Position numbers and translations under genes: made by a program. From assembly GCA_035533875.1 (NCBI GenBank), contig DATLSZ010000002.1, forward strand, positions 9,622 to 73,621: a DNA stretch of 64,000 nt, given 5' to 3'. The notes beneath the pieces are model-generated. The model was not told the DNA's origin. It was given only the letters and a program-made list of their open reading frames with translations, and made no database searches. The stretch is from Candidatus Acidiferrales bacterium. Lineage in GTDB: Bacteria; Patescibacteriota; Microgenomatia; Levybacterales; UBA12049. Below are positions 25,386-34,313 of the stretch, one piece after another (the first letter of the stretch is position 1; the number at the start of each line of letters is the position of its first letter).

Positions 25386-25715
25386 ATGTTGTCACGCGAA
25401 TACCGTTTACCAGCAACAACCAAACTTTCTCAAGCCAGATTTGCACGATTCCCTTCCTTCAGTGTTAAGTATGCTGTAAATGGATTGACTGTCAGCAGAT
25501 TTGCGTTCATTGTGAGAAAGTCAGTAGATAGCCGAGCAGTTGCTCGGAACAGAATACGCAGGGTATTCCGTTCCTGCATTGAAGAACTTCGCGAACAGAT
25601 ATTTCCTGGATATGACATGCTTTTTTTTCTGGAAAAAGGTATAATAGACAAACAACAACAAGATCTCTGTCAAGAGTTGCGAACAGTGTTACAGCAAAAA
25701 GAGCTAATAAAATGA
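25386..25715 (+). CDS. rnpA: ribonuclease P protein component
   Basis: 109-aa basic protein (RFAFIVRKSVDSRAVARNRIRRVFR) in the conserved rpmH-rnpA-yidD-yidC order. Confidence 0.85.
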   Translation: MLSREYRLPATTKLSQARFARFPSFSVKYAVNGLTVSRFAFIVRKSVDSRAVARNRIRRVFRSCIEELREQIFPGYDMLFFLEKGIIDKQQQDLCQELRTVLQQKELIK

Positions 25716-25921
25716 AGAATCTTTTACTTACTACAATAACCGTTTACCAGAAATTTTTTGCCCCGGCTTTCCATCAGTTATTGGGTATCAAGTCAGCATG
25801 TAGAAGCAATCCTACCTGTACTGTCTATGCAAAACAGGTTATCACCGAATATGGTGCAGGAAAAGGACTGCTCATGTCTTTACGGCGAATTCTCAATTGT
25901 CAGCCTTATTTTAGTATATGA
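25712..25921 (+). CDS. yidD: membrane protein insertion efficiency factor YidD
   Basis: YQKFFAP...ACRSNPTCTVYAKQVITEYGAGKGLLMSLRRILNCQP matches the YidD signature (CRF-PTCS-Y ... R-C-P). It overlaps both neighbours by 4 nt. Confidence 0.85.
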   Translation: MKNLLLTTITVYQKFFAPAFHQLLGIKSACRSNPTCTVYAKQVITEYGAGKGLLMSLRRILNCQPYFSI

Positions 25922-26724
25922 ATTTTTTTGACATCATTTTAATTAACCCGATACTGAATGTCTTGGTCTCGATTTACCAACTCCTGACCGTTCTTCATAT
26001 CCCATCGGCATTGGGTTTCTCCATAATATTATTAACCATAGTCGTCCGGCTGATCCTCTACCCGTTCATGCATCAAAGCATCAAACAGCAGAAAAAGATG
26101 CAGCAACTCACCCCTCATATCAACAAGTTGAAAGAAAAACATAAAGATGACGCGAAACGTTTACAGGTGGAGCAAATGGCACTCTTTAAGGAACATGGTG
26201 TTAACCCGGCATCGGGATGTCTTGTGATGATTATCCAGATCCCTATTCTCATCGGGCTTTATAGAGTACTTTTGCAAGCAGTCAATTCGAAGACCTCGCT
26301 TACTGATATTAACAGCAGGTTATACACCGAAGGACTTAAGCTCCATCATTTGTGGGATACGAGCTTCTTTGGACTCTCTTTGGCACATACGCCGGCACAG
26401 CTGATTCACCAGACTGGATTTGCTATCCTTTTGGTAGCGGTACTTACCGGGGGCTTGCAGCTGATCCAGTCAAAAATGATGATGGTTCCTGCTGCAGAAG
26501 CTCCAAAACAGGAGAAGAAAAAGGAGCCGGATTTTGCAACAACCTTCCAAACTCAAACTATGTATCTTCTGCCGTTGATGGTCGGCTTCTTTTCATACTC
26601 ATTGCCGTTTGGGCTATCTCTCTACTGGAATACTTTGACGATTTTTGGTATCATACAGCAGTACATAATTTCGGGATGGGGCGGACTGGTTGACTGGCTT
26701 CCCTTTCTGAAAAAATCTGAATAA
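25918..26724 (+). CDS. yidC: membrane protein insertase YidC/Oxa1 family (short, monoderm type)
   Basis: 268 aa with 5 TM helices, a YidC core (QQKKMQQLTPHINKLKEKHKDDAKRLQVEQMALFKEHGVNPASGCL) and conserved synteny. Confidence 0.9.
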   Translation: MNFFDIILINPILNVLVSIYQLLTVLHIPSALGFSIILLTIVVRLILYPFMHQSIKQQKKMQQLTPHINKLKEKHKDDAKRLQVEQMALFKEHGVNPASGCLVMIIQIPILIGLYRVLLQAVNSKTSLTDINSRLYTEGLKLHHLWDTSFFGLSLAHTPAQLIHQTGFAILLVAVLTGGLQLIQSKMMMVPAAEAPKQEKKKEPDFATTFQTQTMYLLPLMVGFFSYSLPFGLSLYWNTLTIFGIIQQYIISGWGGLVDWLPFLKKSE

Positions 26725-26729
26725 ACGAT

Positions 26730-27197
26730 ATGGAAAAAATAGCATTAACAGATAAAGAACGGAAAGACGTAGAACAGCTGATTGAGAAGCTGTTTTCCCT
26801 TCTTGAGATTGAAGGCACGTTTACGTTAGAAGAACACGACGATGTGCTTGACATCATGATGGAAACCAAAGACACGGGTATTGTGATCGGCTATCATGGC
26901 GAAGTCTTGGAGTCACTCCAGCTCGTACTTTCCTTGGCGATCGCGAAAAAGATCGGCCGTTTTGTCCGCGCTTCAATAGAAGTCGACGGCTATAAAAAGA
27001 ACCGTACGGAATATCTACACAATCTTGCTATGCAGACCAAAGAAAAAGCGCTATCGGAAAATAAAGAACAAGTATTGTCTTCTTTGAAGTCTTGGGAACG
27101 GCGTATCATTCATGTCTATCTTCAGGAAGATGATCAAGTTACCTCAGAATCATCCGGAGAAGGAAAAGAACGAGTCCTCATTATAAAACCAAAATAA
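26730..27197 (+). CDS. jag: Jag/KhpB-like RNA-binding protein (KH plus R3H domains)
   Basis: Position after yidC. KH-like IGYHGEVLESLQ. R3H-like SWERRIIHVYLQEDDQVTSESSGEGKERVLIIKP. Confidence 0.7.
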   Translation: MEKIALTDKERKDVEQLIEKLFSLLEIEGTFTLEEHDDVLDIMMETKDTGIVIGYHGEVLESLQLVLSLAIAKKIGRFVRASIEVDGYKKNRTEYLHNLAMQTKEKALSENKEQVLSSLKSWERRIIHVYLQEDDQVTSESSGEGKERVLIIKPK

Positions 27198-27370
27198 CCA
27201 CTTCAGAATACCGATTGCGAATTGGAAATTCCAAAACCCAAAGAACAAATTTCGCCTTTCTCATTCAAACGATGTAATTATCACTGAAGAGTCTGCTGGT
27301 ATTTGGAAATTGAATTGATTTACGTAGTGGATTATTGGTAGTATTGGGATAATCAAGAATAGGGTTTGGT

Positions 27371-28741
27371 ATGGCCATTGTTGAACGCTGGATCTTTTAT
27401 CTACTCGTACTCCTCCTTCCTGTCCAACTGGGCAAACATTTTTGGCCGAGCTACTCCAGTGTTTCAGGAATCAGAATAGATTACCTCTCGCCGACCATAT
27501 ATCTTACAGATATCCTTCTTGTTTTATTGTTTGGATGTTATGCCTACCGCATTTTTAAAACTATTAAAGAGGCAAACAGCAACGATCGGAGATCAAAACC
27601 ATCTATTCGCCAAACTCAGGATTCTGGGTTAACCGAAGGACAGAGCAAGCGTAAAATATATTTTATTAGTAGTTTGGTAGTACTCTTTATCGTTGTTAAC
27701 GTTCTTACCTCCTCCCGTCCCCTGCTAAGCCTGTATGGCGCTGCGAAACTCGGAGAGTTTGCTTTTCTAGCATTTTATGTCACAAAAACGTTTAGGTCAA
27801 CGTTTCAGGTTCAAATCATCACAATACTTTTTGCAACAAGCAGCATCTTTGAATCAATGCTGGCAATGTTGCAGTATATCAATCAAGGATCATTGAACGG
27901 TATGTTTTATTATTTTGGTGAGAGGACATTCACTAGCATGACACCGGGAATTGCCAATGCATCAATCGGAGGCGCGTTAATACTGAGACCATATGGCACA
28001 TTCCCCCATCCTAATGTCCTGGCTGGATATTTGTTAATCGGAATGGTTCTTGTCTGGGGCTTTCTATTCAAAAATACCAAACAGTGGATGCAGGTAATCG
28101 GTGCTGTCTCTCTTTTGATTGGCAGTATTGCGTTACTGTTGACGTTTAGTCGGGTGGCAATTCTTTTATGGATACTATTACTTCTTACGATTTTGGTGAA
28201 GTATCTGTTGGTGTCCGTGAAGACAAGCCGCTCAAAAATCATAGCGATCGCAATAACTATAGTTTGTGTTGTATTTATCCGCATGACGCCTGTTGTTCAT
28301 GACGTTGTAATCCGTTTTGCAACGACTTCTCTATCTGATGAATCGGTGACCGAGAGAACTGAATTGCTATCTACCGCCTTCACCATAATAAAACAACACC
28401 CTCTCTTGGGGGTCGGATTGTACAATTTCATTCCTGCAATGGCGCCGCTACAGAAGCCGCTTCCTTTGGGATTATATCTGCAGCCGGTACATAATATTTT
28501 TATGTTAGTTATGGCCGAAACAGGACTGATCGGTTTGGGATTATTTATTTGGATGTTAGTAATAACGATTAAACGGATTGCGAGTTGTGAGTTGCGAATG
28601 AAGAGGACGTTTATGGTTTTGATGGCAATTATTTTGTTGACCGGAATGTTTGATCACTATTGGATGACACTGCAGCAGGGACAATTACTTTTTGCAGTTG
28701 TATTGGGATTGGGTTGGATGAGATTAAAAAAAATTTCATAA
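27371..28741 (+). CDS. O-antigen ligase (Wzy_C) family membrane protein
   Basis: About 11 TM helices. Motifs LLLTFSRVAILLWILLL and HNIFMLVMAETGLIGLGLF. Confidence 0.75.
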   Translation: MAIVERWIFYLLVLLLPVQLGKHFWPSYSSVSGIRIDYLSPTIYLTDILLVLLFGCYAYRIFKTIKEANSNDRRSKPSIRQTQDSGLTEGQSKRKIYFISSLVVLFIVVNVLTSSRPLLSLYGAAKLGEFAFLAFYVTKTFRSTFQVQIITILFATSSIFESMLAMLQYINQGSLNGMFYYFGERTFTSMTPGIANASIGGALILRPYGTFPHPNVLAGYLLIGMVLVWGFLFKNTKQWMQVIGAVSLLIGSIALLLTFSRVAILLWILLLLTILVKYLLVSVKTSRSKIIAIAITIVCVVFIRMTPVVHDVVIRFATTSLSDESVTERTELLSTAFTIIKQHPLLGVGLYNFIPAMAPLQKPLPLGLYLQPVHNIFMLVMAETGLIGLGLFIWMLVITIKRIASCELRMKRTFMVLMAIILLTGMFDHYWMTLQQGQLLFAVVLGLGWMRLKKIS

Positions 28742-29037
28742 GCTTCGTTGTTTGTTTGATCAAGGCTAATAAAATAGTTTTTTAGGTTGCTTCCATTCAC
28801 GTCATGAGAAAAATCCGCGAAAGCTTGATATATCAATCTGGCATTCTTATTATTTTCGTTTTGGATTGTCTTTTCAGTCCAAACTCATCCATTGATTTCT
28901 ACGAAAAATATGCGAGCCTCAAAGCTAAAAAAATTAAAAGTTCAAAGGTAGAAGTGGAAAATTAGTGAAGAACGTTTTAATTTTTTTTCTTATTATGTAT
29001 TTTCGAACTTTGCACTTTAAACATTTAATTTATTTTG

Positions 29038-31743
29038 ATGTATGATAAAGATATGGAGCAAAAACGGCCGATTCTTATTACCAGCGAAGAAGTTGAGCAG
29101 TTGCCGATTCTTATTGTCGACAAAAAGGGAATTATTGGCACCGGCTTGGCAAAGGTTCTCCGTGACCAATTTCTTGTCGTAATTGTCACGGCTCATGATG
29201 TGGAGAAGCACGGAAATGTTATCCATGTCCCCTATCACCGGAAGATTCCAATGATTCCCGATAACGCCTATTCGCACATTATTATTATTTATAACGGTGA
29301 GACAGAGCTTATGGATATGTTGCCCGCTTTTGAGCAAAAAGCAGAAGCGGTCAAGTCTCGGTTCTTATTTATCACGTCCCTTTTATACAGTAGTAAAAAA
29401 TTGCTTGCCAGATTGCAGCAACCGGAATTCTCTTATCTCCAAATAGTACTGTATGGAGAGACCTTCAATAATGCAATCACCGAAGCAAATGAAGTAAATT
29501 TTTATATCCACCAAGCAAGAGTATACGGAAGGATAGAAGTTCCCAAAGAAGGATTGGGGAAGCTCTACCCTATTTTTTTTGACGATGTTCTGACATCAAT
29601 TGTCTCTCTGGCATTTGCTGTAGAACGTCCGAAAAGACCGGTATTTCTTTTTCCTCACCACACCTATACACAGGTTACGGTTGCCCGGATTATCCAGACC
29701 ATCGACCCAATGGTTAAAGTCGACTACAGTAAAAAGGAAAGTGACGAGCATGCTTTTTATATTCCGACTGATGGTCTCTACTTTTTCCGGGACTACAATC
29801 TTGAAGAGCGTCTCCGGAAAATTGATTTCTCCAGGGTTGGTCACCGTGCCAAATTACCCCAAAAGAAAATACGGTTAAAGCTGCCCTACGCAAAGATACA
29901 TAAAAACCGGTTGAATAATCTCATTGCAATTTTTATTGCGGTATTTATTGCACCACTTGTCCTTGCATTTCTCTGTGCACTCTTGGGTGCAGGGATGATA
30001 ACTCTCTCTGTACGGCAGGTAGAACAAGGCAATCTGCCGTTCGCCACAACTTCATCATCGATTGCGCAATATTCTTTTGCTACCGCCCAAGTGCTTGGCC
30101 CAAGTCTTCTTCTTCCGCAGCTGATTGTTCCACAATTGAAAAGTCAGTTCGTTGCTACCATGCAGACAGGTGAGACAATTGCAATGAGTGAAGTATCAAT
30201 TCTTCAAGCCGCACAGACCTTGAAAGATATTTATGAGGGCAAAAGTGCCAATCCGCAGAATGACTTTCTTCACGCGCTAGCTACGATGAAGAATACCTTG
30301 CTGACACTGCAGCAGCTAGAAGCTGAAAATAAACTTCCTCACATGGTACAAGATAAGCTGCAGCGTTTTGACGGGTCAATAAATTTGATTGAAGAAACGA
30401 TTGATACCTGGCCGAATATCTTGGGGTTTGAAGGGAAGAAAACATATTTAGTACTTTTTCAGAATAATATGGAATTGCGACCTGGCGGTGGATTTATCGG
30501 TTCATACGGTATCCTGCCTGTTGATAATGGTAAGATAGGGAAGTTGCAAATTCATGATGTCTATGATGCCGACGGACAATTGACGGAACATATCCAACCA
30601 CCCTATGGATTGCAGCGTTATCTTGGGGCATCGCATTGGTTCCTTCGCGATAGCAACTTCGACCCAGACTTTACCCGTGATGCGGTACAGGAGGAGTTCT
30701 TCCTGAAAAAAGAAACCAAACAAAAAGTGGATGGTGTCATAGCCATTGATACGACATTCTTGAAAGACCTTATTGCACTCGTCGGACCCGTTGTCGTTCC
30801 GGATTATAATGTAACAGTTACATCAGATAATTTTTACCTGCTTACCGAAACGAACGCTGAGAAGAACTTTTTCCCCGGTTCCACGCAAAAGAAGGATTTT
30901 CTCAGGAGTCTCAGTAATGCATTGCTTAATAAATTGTCATCGGACAAACAAGTATCCTATGAAAAATTTGCGCAGATGATTGTAAACTCGGTCATGCAGA
31001 AAGATTTATTATTTGGGTTTACGGATACTGGTGTGCAAAATGTCTTTACCGTGAACGATCTGTCATCGTCATTGTGGGATGACAGACAAGCAGAGAAGAG
31101 CACGACATATGATTTTCTTGGTGTCGTAGATGCCAATGTGGGCGCCAATAAAGCGAATTACTATGTAAAACGATCATTGAGTCATTCAGTGACGATTGAT
31201 GACTTTGGCGGGCTGCAGGCGACCGTGAAAGCAACGTATGAAAATACCAGTACCAAAACAAGTTCTTTCGGGGGAGACTATAAAGATTATGTCCGCTTTA
31301 TCGTTCCTGGCAATGCAACTCTTGAATCGGTTGCCTTTGATAATAAGACAGTACAACTTTCGCCTGCTGTTACTGACCCTTCCGTATTTACCTTACCTGA
31401 TTTTACGCCGCCGCCGGGGCTTGAAGTTGAGCAGACACAAGAATTTGACAAGAAAGTTATCGGGTTTTTCTTTATTGATCCGATCGGAACCACAAGAACA
31501 GTAACGCTTTTGTATAGTGTGCCGGGAGATGTAGAAAATAGTGCTGTTGTCTTTAATTACAATTTGAAAATTTTTAAAGAACCTGGTTCGGGAAATGATC
31601 CTTATCAATTGACGCTGTTGTATCCAAATGATACGACCGTGGTTGACAACGATAAAAGTTTGACAAACGTCGGAGGCAAGATGCTGTATGATGAACAGTT
31701 AACTAGTGACAAAGATCTTACTGCGTCATTCTCAAAGAAGTAG
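29038..31743 (+). CDS. DUF4012 domain protein with an N-terminal Rossmann-like domain and a TM helix
   Basis: FQNNMELRPGGGFIGSYG is the hallmark DUF4012 motif. The N-terminus has ILIVDKKGIIGTGLAKVL. TM helix LIAIFIAVFIAPLVLAFLCALLGAG. Confidence 0.75.
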   Translation: MYDKDMEQKRPILITSEEVEQLPILIVDKKGIIGTGLAKVLRDQFLVVIVTAHDVEKHGNVIHVPYHRKIPMIPDNAYSHIIIIYNGETELMDMLPAFEQKAEAVKSRFLFITSLLYSSKKLLARLQQPEFSYLQIVLYGETFNNAITEANEVNFYIHQARVYGRIEVPKEGLGKLYPIFFDDVLTSIVSLAFAVERPKRPVFLFPHHTYTQVTVARIIQTIDPMVKVDYSKKESDEHAFYIPTDGLYFFRDYNLEERLRKIDFSRVGHRAKLPQKKIRLKLPYAKIHKNRLNNLIAIFIAVFIAPLVLAFLCALLGAGMITLSVRQVEQGNLPFATTSSSIAQYSFATAQVLGPSLLLPQLIVPQLKSQFVATMQTGETIAMSEVSILQAAQTLKDIYEGKSANPQNDFLHALATMKNTLLTLQQLEAENKLPHMVQDKLQRFDGSINLIEETIDTWPNILGFEGKKTYLVLFQNNMELRPGGGFIGSYGILPVDNGKIGKLQIHDVYDADGQLTEHIQPPYGLQRYLGASHWFLRDSNFDPDFTRDAVQEEFFLKKETKQKVDGVIAIDTTFLKDLIALVGPVVVPDYNVTVTSDNFYLLTETNAEKNFFPGSTQKKDFLRSLSNALLNKLSSDKQVSYEKFAQMIVNSVMQKDLLFGFTDTGVQNVFTVNDLSSSLWDDRQAEKSTTYDFLGVVDANVGANKANYYVKRSLSHSVTIDDFGGLQATVKATYENTSTKTSSFGGDYKDYVRFIVPGNATLESVAFDNKTVQLSPAVTDPSVFTLPDFTPPPGLEVEQTQEFDKKVIGFFFIDPIGTTRTVTLLYSVPGDVENSAVVFNYNLKIFKEPGSGNDPYQLTLLYPNDTTVVDNDKSLTNVGGKMLYDEQLTSDKDLTASFSKK

Positions 31744-31746
31744 CAA

Positions 31747-32925
31747 TCATGATCGAGCTTTTTTAAGCGCTTCAATTCCAGGAAGGGTACCGTTCTCAAT
31801 AAACTCCAGCATTGCACCGCCTCCTGTTGAGATATGAGTGATTTTGTCAAGATATTCTTTTTTAGAAATCGCTGAGAGAGTGTCACCTCCGCCGACTACA
31901 GATGTCACATGGTCATTATCAGTAATTGAATAGTAAAGAAAGTCAGTACCGCGTTTGAATTCTTGATTTTCCATATAGCCGACAGGACCGTTCCAGACGA
32001 TAGTATGTGCTTCATCAATTACTTTGCCAAAGGCAGCTTGCGTTTCAGGACCGATATCAAGTGCTACTTCATCGTTTGCGATTCCATCTACTTTTTTGAT
32101 CTCACTTGTTGTACTGTCAAGAGCTTTTCCGACAGCGACATCTAAAGGTAAGAGCAGGTGAGTATGTTCCCGTTTGGCATGGGCGATGAGCTGTTTTGCG
32201 AGCGAGATATCATCATCTGAGATTAAACTTTTTCCTACAGGTAATCCTTCGGCTGCTAAGAATGTGTTTGCCAGCCCTCCACCGACAAGAATATAGTCTG
32301 CAACTGCAGTGAGTTTGCTGATAAATTTAATTTTGGTTGAGATTTTTTTTCCGCCGATGATTGCGACAAACGGCTGCTTTGGATGTCTCATAATTGTGTC
32401 CAGAACGGTAATTTCCTTTTTGAGGAGCAGTCCTCCGTAAGAAGGAAGCAGTTCCGGCAGCCCGACAATTGATGCTGCTTTCCGGTGAGATACGCTGAAT
32501 GCGTCATTGACATATATCTCACCGAGTGCGGCCAGCTGTTTTGCAAATGTAGGATCATTTGCTTGTTCACCTGGATAAAAACGAATATTTTCCAGAAGGA
32601 TTATTTCGTCGCTTGATTGATCCTTGAGTTGTCTAGGGTTTGCGATAAAGTCCTCAATTAAGATTATTTTGTTATGGGGAAGATATTTTTCAAGGTGTTT
32701 GGCAACAGGTCGTAGGGAGTATTCATTATCACGCTTTTCCGGTTCGCCCAAGTGGGCAATAAGGATTAATCTATTTTTGTGTTTGAGTAAGTATTCAATT
32801 GTCGGGATTGATTGTTTGATCCGTGCGTCATCTGCTATCGCGTGATTGGGATTGAGTGAAACATTGAAGTCTACACGAAGAAGGACTGTTTTATGTGAGA
32901 TAGTTATTTCATCAACAAACTTCAT
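31747..32925 (-). CDS. pgk: phosphoglycerate kinase
   Basis: KTVLLRVDFNV, AHLGEP, GGGDT, STGGGA and LPGIEAL motifs. The start at M21 of the track ORF (MKFVDE) fits the conserved N-terminus. Confidence 0.95.
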   Translation of the reverse strand: MKFVDEITISHKTVLLRVDFNVSLNPNHAIADDARIKQSIPTIEYLLKHKNRLILIAHLGEPEKRDNEYSLRPVAKHLEKYLPHNKIILIEDFIANPRQLKDQSSDEIILLENIRFYPGEQANDPTFAKQLAALGEIYVNDAFSVSHRKAASIVGLPELLPSYGGLLLKKEITVLDTIMRHPKQPFVAIIGGKKISTKIKFISKLTAVADYILVGGGLANTFLAAEGLPVGKSLISDDDISLAKQLIAHAKREHTHLLLPLDVAVGKALDSTTSEIKKVDGIANDEVALDIGPETQAAFGKVIDEAHTIVWNGPVGYMENQEFKRGTDFLYYSITDNDHVTSVVGGGDTLSAISKKEYLDKITHISTGGGAMLEFIENGTLPGIEALKKARS

Positions 32926-32948
32926 GACAGTTTTTTTAGTATAACACA

Positions 32949-32977
32949 TTGCCAAATATGCAAAAAGGCTATACAAT
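32949..32977 (+). promoter_or_regulatory. promoter TTGCCA-17-TACAAT, 6 nt before the ATG at 32984 (leaderless layout)
   Basis: TTGCCA at 32949-32954 and TACAAT at 32972-32977. The gap is ACGAGC. Confidence 0.6.
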
Positions 32978-32983
32978 ACGAGC

Positions 32984-34288
32984 ATGAGAACGCCAGTGCT
33001 TGAGGCAACATATCCAATTACGTTCCAGCAGAAAGAAGCTGAAAAATTGGGTGAATATCTCCGTCAACGGCAATGCGTCAATCTTGTCGGAATGAAACGC
33101 GTCGGCATCAGCAATTTTCTCCGCTTCTTTTTGAGACATGAGGATATCATTCCGACATATATCAGTAAAACCGAAAAGCATCTTTTTATACCCGTTGACC
33201 TTAACGATTTGGTAGAGCAAGAAATCTATCCTTTTTGGACGCTGACACTCAAACGGGTTCTTGATGCAACAGAAAACTCAGGTCTGGCACCGGAAGTAAA
33301 ACAGAAAATCAGTGACCTCTTTGATAAGAGTATCCAATTCCAGGATCTTTTTTTGGTAATTGATAATATTCGGCAGGCACTTAATTTGCTGGTTGATAAC
33401 GGTATATTACCGACTATTTTCTTTCTGCGTTTTGACCGGTTGAAAGATACGTTTAACCCATCGTTATTTGATAACTTTGAAGGTCTGCGTGAAGCATCAC
33501 ACAGCAATGTTTCATTTGTGTTTACCAGTTACCGGAGTCTTGGCAGCGCGTTTCCTGAAGCACGCTCTTCATTATCGGTATTTGCTCAGACGATGTATTT
33601 TAAGCCGGCAAGCAAAGAGGATATTAAGATTGTCTATGACGCGTACCGGCACCGTTATAATTTGTCATTGGAACCGGAAACTGAAAAATCGTTATTTGCC
33701 GTCGTCGGCGGATATATGCAGTATTTACAGTTAGGGTTAATTCGTCTTGATGAATTAAAACGTAAGTCTCTTAAGACCGAAACGGACATTCTGCAAGCTA
33801 TGCTGGATGATGAAAGGATTATTTTGCAGTCTGAAGAGTTGTGGGAAAGTTTGACAATTGACGAAAAACGCGCCTTACTGCAGATTGCAAACAAACAGAA
33901 AGTAGACTCAGAGAATAAAGAAAAAGCCCGGTATTTGTGGGACACAGGTTTTGTAGAAGAAAATGGTACTATCGAAATCTTTAGTCCTTTGTTTGGTGCA
34001 TATGTGCAAGAGATAGAACATGAAGAACAGCGCAAGAGGAAGTCGGCTCATCTGACAAGAAAAGAAAATCTGTTGTTTACATTATTGAAAGAACAATTGG
34101 GTGAAATATGTGAACGGGAAAAGATTATTGAAATTGTCTGGCCAGAATCACAGGAGTTTGGCGTATCCGATTGGGCGATTGACCGCCTGATTGCCAGGGT
34201 TCGGGTCAAGCTGCGTGAACAGGAAAACCCCTATGAGATCCAAACCGTCAGAACCCGCGGATATAAATTAACACCTCTAAAACAATAA
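32984..34288 (+). CDS. paralogous regulator: degenerate P-loop NTPase-like domain plus OmpR/PhoB-type winged helix
   Basis: C-terminus LTRKENLLFTLLKEQLGEICEREKIIEIVWP...AIDRLIARVRVKLRE...IQTVRTRGYKL. The N-terminus has VNLVGMKRVGISN (Walker-A Lys absent) and FFLRFDRLKD. Same architecture and length as 11452..12777. Confidence 0.75.
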   Translation: MRTPVLEATYPITFQQKEAEKLGEYLRQRQCVNLVGMKRVGISNFLRFFLRHEDIIPTYISKTEKHLFIPVDLNDLVEQEIYPFWTLTLKRVLDATENSGLAPEVKQKISDLFDKSIQFQDLFLVIDNIRQALNLLVDNGILPTIFFLRFDRLKDTFNPSLFDNFEGLREASHSNVSFVFTSYRSLGSAFPEARSSLSVFAQTMYFKPASKEDIKIVYDAYRHRYNLSLEPETEKSLFAVVGGYMQYLQLGLIRLDELKRKSLKTETDILQAMLDDERIILQSEELWESLTIDEKRALLQIANKQKVDSENKEKARYLWDTGFVEENGTIEIFSPLFGAYVQEIEHEEQRKRKSAHLTRKENLLFTLLKEQLGEICEREKIIEIVWPESQEFGVSDWAIDRLIARVRVKLREQENPYEIQTVRTRGYKLTPLKQ

Positions 34289-34313
34289 GTAGCATCGTGC
34301 TATAATAAGCCTC

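Noticed and set aside
28804-28965. 53-codon sORF (MRKIRESLIYQSGILIIFVLDCLF...) in the spacer before the DUF4012 gene
   Set aside because: There is no convincing promoter or SD and no recognisable family. It could be a gene remnant, but the support is insufficient.
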